Below the pieces are notes generated by a model that saw only the letters and a program-made list of their open reading frames with translations, had not been told where the DNA came from and made no database searches. The position numbers and the translations under genes are program-made. A DNA stretch of 63,404 bases, filler included, from Elsinoe ampelina (lineage: Eukaryota): assembly GCA_010093995.1 (NCBI GenBank). It is 10 parts of 9 records of this genome, joined end to end, with 100 filler letters (N's around TTAATTAATTAA, not from the genome) between each part and the next. Parts side by side here need not be neighbours in the genome. Positions count along the whole stretch, not along the records: positions 45,637 to 50,377 come from ML992506.1; positions 50,478 to 55,770 come from ML992506.1; positions 55,871 to 57,920 come from ML992507.1; positions 58,021 to 59,365 come from ML992508.1; positions 59,466 to 62,066 come from ML992509.1; 5 more parts are not named here. The stretch is one strand, 5' to 3'. Below, one piece after another: positions 48,601-62,166 of this stretch (the stretch's first letter is position 1; every line of letters begins with the position of its first letter).

Positions 48601-50051
48601 GCCTTTTTTTCTACTAGCCCGGCAACTATTATATATAATCTATTAGCTAGCGCCCCTTATTAGTAGTCTCTAGCCTGATGCTTAAGTCTTTTATACTTAA
48701 AATATAAGTTATTTTATCTATACTTCTCTCTCTCTTTTCTACTAAGGAACTTTCCTCTACGACTATAGCCTTATACCTATAAGAGGTAGCCTTCGTATAT
48801 AGTATTAAGTTCTATAGGGTCTCTATAGTTTCGGGAGGAATGTATATATCTAGTATTTACCTTATATCCTCTATAACGTTCTATATGTCGTTTATAAAGT
48901 CTATTATTAATAGTAATTATAGTATCTACTAGTTCCTAAAGACTATCGGGTAGCTCGAGTATTATTTAGTCTTTAACTAAGTCGCTTAGTCCTTAATAGA
49001 ATACTAAGTGTTTAGCACTATTATCCTAGTCTAGGTATATTACGAGTTGTTAGAACTAGAAATAGTACTAGGCTATAGACCTACGTTATTATAATTGTTA
49101 GATCTTCGTCGTAGCGACGTATTCCTTGTTAGATATGTTAAAGACTTACTTAATCTTTGCCTAGAAGATACTAAAGCTCTTAAAGATAGCTTTTATATCT
49201 AGGCCTAGTTATCTATCTAGGTAGCTACTTATATAAGGCTCGAACTACCCGAAGGTAGCGCTCTTAAGGTATATCCTAGTATAGAGGACCTTTACTACGT
49301 TATTACTATACTTATCTCTCTCTAGAGCGAAGAAGGCTTTAAGTTAAATAAGGAAGCGCCTTAAGTAGGCGCAGTCCCCGTAGAAGAGTTCTACCTCTAA
49401 CTTAGGCCTACTCTGTCCTTCTATACTAAAAGACCTTCTATGTTTACCTAAGGTTAAACTAGTAGTAGACATGTTATTAATAGTAAGCTTTTCTAGCTTA
49501 CTAGCGATTAAAGATACTAATAGTAACTTAGAGCAAGAGTTACTTATTAACCTCGTAGCGTGCTATACTATAGTAAGGGTAGTTAAAATGTTATAAACTG
49601 TCTAAATATAGCCTACGCTAGTAGTCTAAGCTAAGCTAGGAACGAGGTAGTTTTACTTCTATAGTAGTATAGTACTAAGGTAAGAGTCGGAGAAGGTATA
49701 TCTTATAGATAATAAAGTACAATTAGATAGTATTACAAAGGCTAGCCTTAGTAATACTAGTGTTCGCTATCTAGACAAGGTTAACTATAGTACTTATATA
49801 AGGTAAGGACTATTCCTATATACATATGTTCTCTATTACGTTCTCTATGTGCTTTATATACTCTATAGCAAGAGTTGAGAGTAATATAGAGTATACGTCC
49901 GCTAGTAACCTATATACTTTATAGTTTTAGAGGTAGAGCCGCTAGAGAAGATAGAGAACTAAGTAAACGTCGGGCTAGGTTACGTAATAATCTCGATAGC
50001 TTAATTAGTCCTAACGTCTCTATATTCTAGCTATCCTACTAGTTCGTAACA
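45637..50051 (-). mobile_element. G1 copy C (RNase H to gag plus complete 5' LTR 49589-50051)
   Basis: Colinear with copy A ~3565-7985; LTR ends GTTCGTAACA. Confidence 0.92.
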
Positions 50052-50671
50052 AAAAGCTAAAGGTAAAAGTAATAAGTTAAAGACTAAGAAAGTTAGAGGT
50101 TAAGTAGCTATTAAAGAATCTAGAGAATCTACTAAGGTAGGTAAATTAGATAAATGCTCTAATACTAATATTAATATTATTATACTAGTCTATAGAGTAG
50201 TAGTAGTATCTATATTATTATTCTTAATCTATAGTAAGAATAGAGCAATTTATAACTCTAATATATTAAGGTACTTTATAAAAGATAAGTTATAGTTCTT
50301 AACAATTAAGGTATATAAAGGTGTTCTTAAATTTAAATAAGCTATTAGTATAAAGAAGCTACTTAATATAGAAGTTANNNNNNNNNNNNNNNNNNNNNNN
50401 NNNNNNNNNNNNNNNNNNNNNTTAATTAATTAANNNNNNNNNNNNNNNNNNNNNNNNNNNNNNNNNNNNNNNNNNNNAAAGTTAAAAGATATAAGGCTTA
50501 TTAGACTATAAGGAGCTTTACTTAAAGAGTAGATATTAACTTTGTTAGAACTTTTATACTAATACTAAGAGCTAAAACTAAAAGAGTAATTCTTATATAT
50601 ACTCTTTATTATAACTAGGTTATTATAATAGCTAATATAGTTACTATATTCCTTAGACTAGATATTAATAT
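50052..50671 (+). mobile_element. Copia C2 fragments (gag/protease 50052-50377; RT 50478-50671)
   Basis: Match to reverse complement of ~12400-12608 and to 57545-57740. Confidence 0.8.
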
Positions 50672-53600
50672 TAATACGAGATAGATATAAACTAAATTTA
50701 GTTAAGATATAGTTCGAATTAGTTATGTAATCTTAGCATCGCGGCCTAGGCTTCTAGCTACTTTACTCTTAATATTATATATACTTTATATATTAGTTTT
50801 CTTTTTCTTTTTCTAAGTCTACATATTTCAACGAATAGACATAATTAACCTCTTATCTTGCTAGTTATAATTACTATATTAAGACTTAGTACAACTATAA
50901 ATAAGCAATAGAGCTATCGAATTATCTAGTTATTCTACTACTTATATAACTACTAATAACTACTACTTATAAAGAATTAAAGAAGAAGCTATTATAACTA
51001 TAGTTCCTACGTACACTATAATAGATTCTCGCTACTACTACGTAGGTTAATACTATAAACCTCGAAGATATAAGAAGAAAGTAATAAGTCGAGTTATAGA
51101 TAATCTTAAAGAAAGTAGACTACTAGCTAAAAATTTTAATATCTCTTTTATTACGCGTTAATGTTTTATACTGTTTTATTTACGACTAACTATGCTAAGT
51201 ATAGCTTAATCTAACTATAGTAACGAAGAGCGCTACTAAAGTAAGCTACCTTAACCTATCTCTAACAATAATAACGCCTCTATCTACTCTTTCTACTATA
51301 ATCTTTTTACTCTCTCTAACGCTATACTCCTTAAGAAGCTATAGAAAGAGTATAGTATATAGGCACTAAGAGACGTATTTAACTATATTAAGTTCTTCTA
51401 TAATAAGTAAACTACGTAGGTAAAAGGTACTTATACTAACGCTCTCTACTATTACTACGAGTTAGATACTACTTAGGCCTAGCTTAGTAACCTCTAATCT
51501 AAACTAGACATATCTTAGTCCTATACCGACGGCGTTACTACCTAAGCTACTTACTACCTAGACAAAATCTAAAAGCTTAAGGCTAAGGTAAACTAACTAA
51601 AAAACAAGATAGAGTATAGTATACTAGCTCTTTCTATACGTAGCTTTACCTTATTAGAAAAGATACTAGACTCTACTATCTTTAGCATAGGTATACCGGA
51701 GTAGTTTAAGGTCTTTAAGTACTAGATAAGAAATAAGATATGTACTAATATAGATCGTTTCTCTACGAGAGATACCTAGTTTATCTATCTATACTTACGC
51801 CTCTCTAGAGAAGCCTATACCCTTATTATAGACTTAGCTAGTAATAACGTTATTAGTGTCGAAGAAGTTCTTACTTTTCTAGCCTAGCGCTTCGAGGATC
51901 CTAACTATAGAGCTACTATACGTACTTAGTTTACTAACCTCTTCTAGTATAATAGTATATTTAACTTCTTTATTAGCGAGTTTAATAAGTACGCTCTTTA
52001 CGCTAAGATTGCTAAAGAGAAGTAGCTATACTAGATCTATTAGAAGATATCTAATAAGCTACGTAATGCTCTAGTTAACTATAACACTAATAACCTTACT
52101 ACTTTTATTACTAAGGCCTACGCTACTAACTATAATATCTAATAGAATAACCTTATTACTAAGCACACTTAGGCTTTATATTCTATACTAGCTATAAGCC
52201 GCGCCGCTACTATACCTACTTATATATCTTATTCTACCTCTATGCCTATAGCTCTATCTACCTTTTGCTCTATTACTAGAGGTGCTCTATAGCCTTTCTA
52301 TCTAGCTCTAGTACTTATCTATTATATATATAGTAAGCCTAGATATATCTCTACTAAGTATATAGCTAGCGCCTTAGAGAAGGCTACTTATACTACTATA
52401 TGCTCTATATATATTAGCGCTATAAAGGAGATATAGTAGCTTTAGGATTACTTAGCTAAATTAAGTAACTAGGTCGATACTAGTTCGGCCTATAAACTAG
52501 ATCTAGTTTAGCCTTAGTTCGACCCTAAAATAGACTATAAGTCTACTAGCTACTCTAGCTAGAGAAACAAGTAGCTAGAGGACAAGTTCTATTCTCTAGT
52601 AAAACAAGAGTAATTTAAGATAAATCCGAAGGTATATAGTTACTAAATAGCGTTATTAGCTACTATATCCCTACTATTATAACTCCTATTACTATTTATA
52701 ACCCTTATAACTACTCTTATACTATTACGCTTTAAGTCTTTATCGATACTAGTACGCTTATTAGCGCCGTAGTTAATTATAATATTCTTAATAAGCTAAA
52801 GAGCTTTAGCTACCCTATAGTACTAGCTAGCTCTATTTAGCTTTAAGCCTATAATAGTGTTCTAATAGAGTAAGTTATATATAGCGTTCCCCTTACTACT
52901 ACTGTTTCTAGTAAGCTAAATAACCTTACTACCTTTCGTATTACAGATATTAGCCGATTTAATATTATTCTTAGCCTCGGCTAGCTTAAGGCTAATAGGG
53001 CCACTATTAACTATAAGTATAGCCGAGTTATATACAAAGAAGAGTTTTCGCTAATAGTTGTTAAGTAGAAGCTACTATAGCTAATTAAAAGACTAGAATC
53101 TAGATCTAAGCCTAGCTTAAATCTAGGAATCTAGCTCGGCAAAGCTGCTACTCTAGTTTAGAACTAGTTCGGTTCTAGTCTAACTCGTAAACTAAGTTCT
53201 AGCTTAGCTACTAAGTTAAGACAAACTAGACTATATTAGCCGCTAGCTCTTAAGTTAAACTTTAAGCCGAATTAGAGGGAGTTTAAGCTAATCTCCTATA
53301 GTACTTAGTTAATATATAAGTTCTCCTATGTACCTACCTACGTAAGTAACACTAAGTAAGAAAGGCTAACTATCGCTTTTATTAGCGCCGCTACCTTCGC
53401 ATTAGTAGCTAAATACTAAAAGAATAAGGTATTTATAATCTTAGTAAAGAATATTAAGGACTACTACCGAATAGCCTTTAAACTAGAACTAGACTCTATA
53501 GTAGTTCTCCTAGAGGAGCTATAAGAGTTTACTAATATCTTCTCTAAAGAGTAATCTAATATACTTCCTCTATATCGGCTAGATTTTAATAATCGAATTA

Positions 53601-54893
53601 TACTTAAGGATAGAGCTAAACTGCTACGTATTAAACCTCTACGCCGCCTATTACTAGAAGAGCTCGATATAGTAGAATAGTTTATCTATAAGTACCTTAA
53701 TAAAGGCTTTATTACGCTAAGCTCGGCTAGCTATTCCTTGCCTATTCTCTTTATTTATAAGCCTAGTAGCGAACTTTACCTTTATATCGATTACTATAGC
53801 CTTAACGAGGTAACTAAGTAAGATATTTATTCTCTATTTCTTATTAAAGAAACACTTATACGCGTAAGTAAAGCTAAATAGTTTAGTAAGATTAATATCT
53901 ATTAAGCCTTCTACTGCCTCTATAACTCTATTAATAGTAAAGACCTTACTATGTTCTTTATATATATAGGTAACTTTAAGTAGTTAGTAATACTATTTAG
54001 CCTTACTAACGCCTCTATAGTATAGTAGAGGTTTATAAATTATAACTTTATTAATATACTTAAGCGCTTTATATTAATCTATCTTAATAATATTCTTATC
54101 TATACCGATAGTACTTGCCGAGAGTATGCTAAGTATATTAAGCTAGTACTCTAACATCTCTATAATTTAGGCCTAAATACTAATATTAAGAAGAGTAAGT
54201 TCTACCTAATAGAAGTAAAGTATCTTAGTATTATTATTAGTCGAGATAGAGTTAAGATAGATCTAAAGAAGGTTAAAGCTATATAAGCCTAGAAATAACT
54301 AGCCTCTAGTAATACTACTTAGGTAAGAAGCTTTATTAGTTTCTATAGCTACTATTACTACTTTATTAAGGGATTTAGTACTATTACTAAGCTATTAAAC
54401 GACCTACTTAAGAAGGACACTACGCTATAGAATAATAAGTATACTACTACGTTTAACTATATAAAGTATACTATTATAAGTGTCTCTATCTTAGCGTACT
54501 TTAATTACTTAAAGTAAGTAGTTGTCGAGACTAACGCCTCTAATACTACTACCGCTAGAATTCTATTATAATATAATAATTCTAATATTCTCTAGCCTAT
54601 TACTTTCTTTAGTAAATCTATAAGCAAAGCTAAATATAACTACGTAATCTACAATAAGAAGCTATTAGTAATTGTCTAAGCCTTTAAGGAATAAGCCTCT
54701 AAGCTTATAAGTACTTAATCTAATAAGGCTATCTACGTCCTTACTAACTACTAATCCCTAATACACTTTATAAAGACTTAGAAGCTATTACGCCGCTAAG
54801 TACGCTAGGCTCTCTACCTTATATAGTTTAACTTTAAGATTATATATAGGCCTAGCGCCGCTAATAGTAAAGCTAATACTCTTACGAGAAGAA
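50672..54893 (+). mobile_element. Second RIP-degraded Gypsy family (G2): probable LTR ~50672-50881, gag, protease, RT, RNase H; cut by G1 LTR
   Basis: De-RIPed LIDTGA (~52740), PILFVHKP..LRLCIDYRGLN (~53740), MPFGLTNA (~53990), YLDDILIY (~54080), VETDASD (~54523), YRPGAANGKADALTRR (~54845). Confidence 0.88.
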
Positions 54894-55770
54894 TGTTATA
54901 AACCGTCTAAATATAGCCTACGCTAGTAGTCTAAGCTAAGCTAGGAATAAGGTAGTTCTACTTCTATAGTAGTATAGCACTAAGGTAAGAGTTAGAGAAG
55001 GTATGTCTTATAGATAATAAAGTACAATTAGATAGTATTATAAAGGCTAGCCTTAGTAATACTAGTATTCGCTATCTAGATAAGGTTAACTATAGTACTT
55101 ATATAAGGTAAGAACTATTCCTATATACATGTGTTCTTTATTATGTTCTCTATATACTTTATATACTCTATAGCGAGAGTCGAGAGCAATATAAAGTATA
55201 TATCCGCTAGTAACCTATATACTCTATAGTTTTAGAGGTAGAGCTACTAGAGAAGATAGAGAACTAGGTAAATGTTAGGCTAGGTTACGTAATAATCTTA
55301 GTAGCTTAATTAGTCCTAATATCTCTATATTCTAGCTATCCTACTAGTTTATAACATTACTCTTCTTCTTTAATCGAGTTATTCTAACGAGTAAGTATTC
55401 TTTCTTATTCTTACGCGCTATATACTAAATATGCCTCCTAGTTATCGAAGGTATAGCAAATCTAGTATATCTATACGAAAGAATCTCTTAGAGTTTATTA
55501 AACTATTTAGAACTAACATGCCGTAGGCTTATTCTCGTTACAAATCGAAGAGGCTAAACTATAAGGTCTATATTTAGTTAGGTATCTATAGCTAGTATAT
55601 TATAAGTAACTACTTAAGTTATAATATTTAAATAACAAAATTAGAATAGTAGTGTCTTTAGTCTAAGTATATTTATTTACGAAAGGAATTAGTTATAGCT
55701 AAGGCTACTAGAAGAGAAGCTAAAGAAGCTTATAAAAAGGCAAAAGAGGCTTATTAAAGAGCTATAGGTA
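54894..55770 (-). mobile_element. G1 copy D: 3' LTR 54894-55356 plus start of antisense ORF (ATG 55431)
   Basis: Matches 962-1838. Confidence 0.92.
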
Positions 55771-55870
55771 NNNNNNNNNNNNNNNNNNNNNNNNNNNNNN
55801 NNNNNNNNNNNNNNTTAATTAATTAANNNNNNNNNNNNNNNNNNNNNNNNNNNNNNNNNNNNNNNNNNNN

Positions 55871-57920
55871 TTCTCTCCCTTACTAAAAGTTAAGCTATTA
55901 GATTAGAAGAACTTTAAATATTAGATCTTAGCTACTATAAACTATATACTATATTAAAGGTATAGAGAGTAGTATTAAGGGAACTAAGAGATATACTAAA
56001 ATACTTACTAGATAAGCTCTATCTAGACCTTGTTAGTCCTATTAAACTATAGTTAAGTAAGGGCTATAAATACCTTCTCCTTATAATATATAGTAAGAGT
56101 AAGTATAAGTTTATTACTATTCTCTTCCTTAAGAGTAATACACTAGTAGTAATTAAACTTATCTATACAAGGAATAAAATAGCCTATAATAAGCTTTTAT
56201 TTATCTTTATCTCTAATAGAGGAGGTAAATTTAGGAACTATAAACTAGCAATAGCTATTTATCTTAAAGGGTAGAGATAGGACATCTCTACACCTGATAC
56301 TTAATACTAGAATAGTAAATCTAAGGCTACTAACAAAGTGGTTATTCTTAGAACAAGGTGTATCTTTGTTAATTATAGAGCACCCCTTAAACTCTAGTAT
56401 ATAGTTATAGAGTTTGTGATCTATATTAGTAATAGGATTGCCTATACTAAAACTAAGAAGATTCCTATGTAAGAGCTTAGAAAGGATCTTCTTAATAATA
56501 ATAGGCTAGTCTTATTAACTTACATTAGATGCTTTAGCTATAGAGCTTATATCTATAACTAATATATTTCTAAATTATACAAATTCTAAGCTAGAGCACT
56601 ACTTAGTTAGTATATTAGCATATAGAACAACTTAACAACTAATTACCTTATCTAGATACCCTATTAGCATTATGCTTAGTAAGCCTAGAAGGGAAAGATT
56701 ATTATATTACCCTATATAATATTTAATAAGAATATAGTCTATAAAGACTAAGTAACATAAGTTATTAAATAGCTATATATCCTATAGGTATAATAACCTA
56801 AGGCTTTATAGCTTTAAGGGGAGTAGACATTTAGTAGTAATTATAATCAAGGCTATAGCTATAACTAACTACCCTTTAGTTATAAGAATCTATAAACTAC
56901 TTAGGCTAAATAACCTTAAGTTAAACAACTAATATCTAACTACCCTTCTATCCCTAGATATAAACAACAATTATCTACCCCTATTAAAGAATAGAAGGAG
57001 TAATACTAACATCCTAAACTAGATCCTTAACCTATTAATAAACAAGGGGAGCAACTTAATGTTGCTAATTATAAAGGTAAAGACCTTATAATACTACTAC
57101 CTAAAGTTATTAGTGAACTATATTTAACTTTTAATCCTATAGTTGATGTTAATTAACTACTAATATATATATAGAATAAGGATGTTAACTTCCTTATTAT
57201 ACTATTTAACATATAACCTTTAACTAGTAAAAGAAAGAGATCTCTCTTACTATAAGAAACTATTAGAAGGTCCCTTAGAACATATTACTAGATTAATTAT
57301 AAGAAACTTAATAATAGTAAGATTATTAGATCTATAGCTGTTAATTTTAAGCTAGATCTATAAATAGTAAGAGATGTACTATCCTCTCCTAAAGGTTATT
57401 ACTAGTAAGCTATAATAGAGATAGAGTAGAAGGCTCTAACTAACTCTAAAACCTTTTTAATTATTAAAAAATCATAGGCACTAAGAGGTATTAGGCTAAT
57501 AACAGGCAAATAGGTCTTTAAGACTAAGAGGCTTACTAATAGCAAAGTTAAAAGATATAAGGCTCGTTAGACTATAAGGAGCTTTACTTAAAGAGTAGAT
57601 ATTAACTTTGTTAGAACCTTTATACTAACACTAAGAGCTAAAACTAGAAGAGTAATTCTTACATATGCTCTTTATTATGACTAGGTTATTATAATAGTAG
57701 ATATAGTTACTATATTCCTTAGACTAGACATTAATATTAAGAACTATATCTCCTACCTAGAAGGCATACTAATTCCTAGTAAACAGGACAAGCTTATTGT
57801 TCTTATAAAGGACTTATATAGGCTTAAGTAAGCTACTACCCTCTAGTATAACGCTATAGTTAAGGCACTTCTATTACTTAGTTTTATTAGATTCTATAGT
57901 GATGCCTGTCTCTTTATTAA
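55871..57920 (+). mobile_element. Copia C2 integrase-RT fragment
   Basis: De-RIPed IHLDLVGP (~56020), GKWVFKTKR..RYKARWTARGF (~57505), KGLYGLKQA (~57808). Confidence 0.87.
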
Positions 57921-58020
57921 NNNNNNNNNNNNNNNNNNNNNNNNNNNNNNNNNNNNNNNNNNNNTTAATTAATTAANNNNNNNNNNNNNNNNNNNNNNNN
58001 NNNNNNNNNNNNNNNNNNNN

Positions 58021-59365
58021 ATCTAATAAAACTAAGTAATAGAAGTGCCTTAACTATAGCGTTATACTAGAGAGTAGTAGCTTACTTAAGCCTATATAAG
58101 CCCTTTATAAGAATAATAAGCTTGTCCTGTTTACTAGGAATTAGTACGCCTTCTAGGCAGGAAATATAGTTCTTAATATTAATGTCTAGTCTAAGGAATG
58201 TAGTAACTACATCTACTATTATAATAACCTAGTTATAATAAAGAGCATATGCAAGGATTACTCTCCTAGTTTTAGCTCTTAGTATTAGTATAAAGGTTCT
58301 AACAAAGTTAATACCTACTCTTTAAGTAAAGCCCCTTATAGTCTAACGAGCCTTATATCTTTTAACTTTGCTATTAGTAAGCCTCTTAGTCTTAAAGACC
58401 TATTTGCCTGTTATTAGCCTAACACCTCTTAGTGCCTAAGATTTCTTAATAATCAAAAAGGGTTTAGAGTTAGTTAGAGCCTTCTACTCTACCTCTATTA
58501 TAGCTTACTAGTAATAACCTTTAGGAGAGAATAGTATATCTCTTACTATTTGTAGGTCTAGCTTAAAATTAATAGCTGTAGATCTAATAATCTTGCTATT
58601 ATTAAGTTTCTTGTAATTAATCTAGTAATATGTTCTAAGGGACCTTCTAATAGTTTCTTATAGTAAGAGAGATCTCTTCCTTTTACTAGTTAGAGGTTAT
58701 ATATTAAATAGTATAATAAGGAAGTTAATATCCTTATTCTATATATATATTAGTAGTTAATTAACATTAACTATAGGATTAAAGGTTAAATATAGTTCAC
58801 TAATAACTTTAGGTAGTAGTGTTATAAGGTCTTTACTTTTATAATTAGCAATATTAAGTTGCTTCCCTTATTTATTAACAGGTTAAGGATCTAGTTTAGG
58901 ATGTTAGTATTACTTCTTCTATTCTTTAATAGGGGTAGATAATTGTTATTTATATCTAGGGATAGAAGAGTAGTTAGATATTAGTTGTTTAACTTAAGGT
59001 TATTTAGCCTAAGTAGTTTATAGATTTTTATAACTAAAGGGTAGTTAGTTATAGCTATAGCCTTAATTATAATTACTACTAAATGTCTACTCCCCCTAAA
59101 GCTATAAAGCCTTAGGTTGTTATACCTATAGGATATATAGCTATTTAATAACTTATATTACCTAGTCTTTATAGACTATATTCTTATTAAATATCACATA
59201 GGGTAATATAATAATCTTTCCCTTCTAGACTTACTAAGCATAATACTAATAGAGTATCTAGATAAGGTAATTAGTTATTAAGTTGTTCTATATGCTAATA
59301 TACTAACTAAGTAGTACTCTAGCTTAGAATTTGTATAATTTAGAAACATGTTAGTTATAGATATA
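58021..59365 (-). mobile_element. Copia C2 fragment, inverted
   Basis: Reverse complement of ~56550-57890. Confidence 0.87.
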
Positions 59366-59465
59366 NNNNNNNNNNNNNNNNNNNNNNNNNNNNNNNNNNN
59401 NNNNNNNNNTTAATTAATTAANNNNNNNNNNNNNNNNNNNNNNNNNNNNNNNNNNNNNNNNNNNN

Positions 59466-62066
59466 TTAGTCCTATTAAACTATAGTTAAGTAAGGGCTAT
59501 AAATATCTTCTCCTTATAATATATAGTAAGAGCAAGTATAAGTTTGTTACTATTCTCTTTCTTAAGAGTAATATACTAGCAGTAATTAAACTTATCTATA
59601 TAAGGAATAAAATAGTCTATAATAAGCTTTTATTTATCTTTATCTCTAATAGAGGAGGTAAATTTAGAAACTATAAACTAGCAATAGCTATTTATCTTAA
59701 AGAGTAAAGATAGAACATCTCTACACCTAATACTTAATACTAGAATAGTAAATCTAAGGCTACTAACAAAGTAGTTATTCTTAGAATAAGGTATATCTTT
59801 ATTAATTATAGAGCACCCCTTAAACTCTAGTATATAGTTATAGAGTTTATAATCTATATTAGTAATAGAATTACCTATACTAAAACTAAGAAGATCCCTA
59901 TATAAGAGCTTAGAAAGAATCTTCTTAATAATAATAGACTAGTCTTATTAACTTATATTAGACGCTTTGGCTATAGAGTTTATATCTATAACTAACATGT
60001 TTCTAAATTATACAAATTCTAAGCTAGAGTACTACTTAGTTAGTATATTAGCATATAGAACAACTTAATAACTAATTACCTTATCTAGATACTCTATTAG
60101 TATTATACTTAGTAAGCCTAGAAGGGAAAGATTATTATATTACCCTATGTAACATTTAATAAGAATATAGTCTATAAAGACTAAGTAATATAAGTTATTA
60201 AATAGCTATATATCCTATAGGTATAACAACCTAAGGCTTTATAGCTTTAGGAAGAGTAGATATTTAGTAGTGATTATAATTAAGGCTATAGCTATAACTA
60301 ACTACCCTTTAGTTATAAGAATCTATAAACTACTTAGGCTAAACAACCTTAAGTTAAATAACTAACATCTAACTACCCTTCTATCCCTAGATATAAACAA
60401 CAATTATCTACCCCTATTAAAGAATAGAAAGAGTAATACTAACATCCTAAACTAGATCCTTAACCTATTAATAAACAGGGGAAGCAACTTAATATTACTA
60501 ATTATAAAGGTAAAGACCTTATAACACTACTACCTAAAGTTATTAGTGAACTACATTTAACCTTTAATCCTATAGTTAATATTAATTAACTACTAATATA
60601 TATATAGAATAAAAATATTAACTTCCTTATTACACTATTTAATATACAACCTCTAACTAGTAAAAGAAAGAGATCTCTCTTACTATAAGAAACTATTAGA
60701 AGGTCCCTTAGAATATATCGCTAGATTAATTATAAGAAACTTAACAATAGTAAGATTATTAGATCTATAGCTATTAATTTTAAGCTAGACCTATAAATAG
60801 TAAGAGATATACTATCCTCTCCTAAAGGTTATTACTAGTAAGCTATAATAGAAATAGAGTAGAAGGCTCTAACTAACTCTAAAACCTTTTTAATTATTAA
60901 GAAATCTTAGGCACTAAGAGGTGTTAGGCTAATAACAGGCAAATAGGTCTTTAAGACTAAGAGGCTTACTAATAGTAAAGTTAAAAGATATAAGGCTCGT
61001 TAGACTATAAGGGGCTTTACTTAAAAAGTAGATATTAACTTTGTTAGAACCTTTATACTAACACTAAGAGCTAAAACTAGAAGAGTAATCCTTGTATATG
61101 CTCTTTATTATAACTAGGTTATTATAATAGCAAATATAGTTACTACATTCCTTAGACTAGATATTAATATTAAGAACTATATCTCTTACCTAGAAGGCGT
61201 ACTAATTCCTAGTAAATAGAATAAGCTTATTGTTCTTATAAAGGGCTTATATAGGCTTAAGTAAGCTACTACNNNNNNNNNNCTATAGTAATGCCTATCT
61301 CTTTATTAATAAGTATTATATAGTTCTTATATATATTAATAACTTTAGAATTATTACTACTAGGTAGAAGCATATAGATAAGCTAGTTAAAGATCTTTAT
61401 CTTAAGTTTCTAATAAAGATTATAAACTTAAACCTCTTCCTTAGTGTTTAACTTTATAGAACTAAGGACTTAATTAAGATTAAGCAATTACACTACTTAA
61501 AGGAGAAGCTTAAAGGTTATAATCTTTACTAAGCAAAAACTATAAAGCATCCTATTAATTAACTCTATAAACCAACTAATAGCTAAGTTAATACTTAGTA
61601 CTATAAGACATTTAATAGAATCATTAGTAAATTACAATATCTAGCTAACAATATAAGGCCTAATATTAGCTATACTACTAATTACCTAGCTAGGTTCCTT
61701 TAGAATCTAACTATAGCTTATGTAGTTATAGCTAAGTAGATCTAGAGGTATATTAATAGGACTATTATAAAGGGCCTTACCTTTAAGAAGACTAATAGAC
61801 TATTAGTTAACACAATTAAGGCCTACTCTAACTTAGACTTTGCTAGAGATAGATTAACTACAAGATCTATATCTAGCACTATTATTTATATACTTAATAC
61901 ACTAGTTATTTAGAAGTTAAGACTATAGAAGATTATTATATTATTAAGCACTAAGGCTAAATACCTTATTCTTACTAAAACCTATAGAGAGATTAATTAG
62001 TTAAGAAATCTTATTATTAAACTTAGGCTACTTACTAATATTTACCTTAGCCTAACTATAGTCTTT
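59466..62066 (+). mobile_element. Copia C2 integrase-RT-RNase H fragment
   Basis: Repeats 56030-57840, then de-RIPed VYVDDF (~61328), RPDISY (~61656), AYSDSDFAGD (~61821), STEAEY (~61946). Confidence 0.88.
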
Positions 62067-62166
62067 NNNNNNNNNNNNNNNNNNNNNNNNNNNNNNNNNN
62101 NNNNNNNNNNTTAATTAATTAANNNNNNNNNNNNNNNNNNNNNNNNNNNNNNNNNNNNNNNNNNNN

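Noticed and set aside
55871..59365. Large apparent inverted repeat of Copia C2 around the gap at 57921-58020
   Set aside because: Arms are on separate linker-joined contigs of a multicopy element; order and orientation are unreliable.
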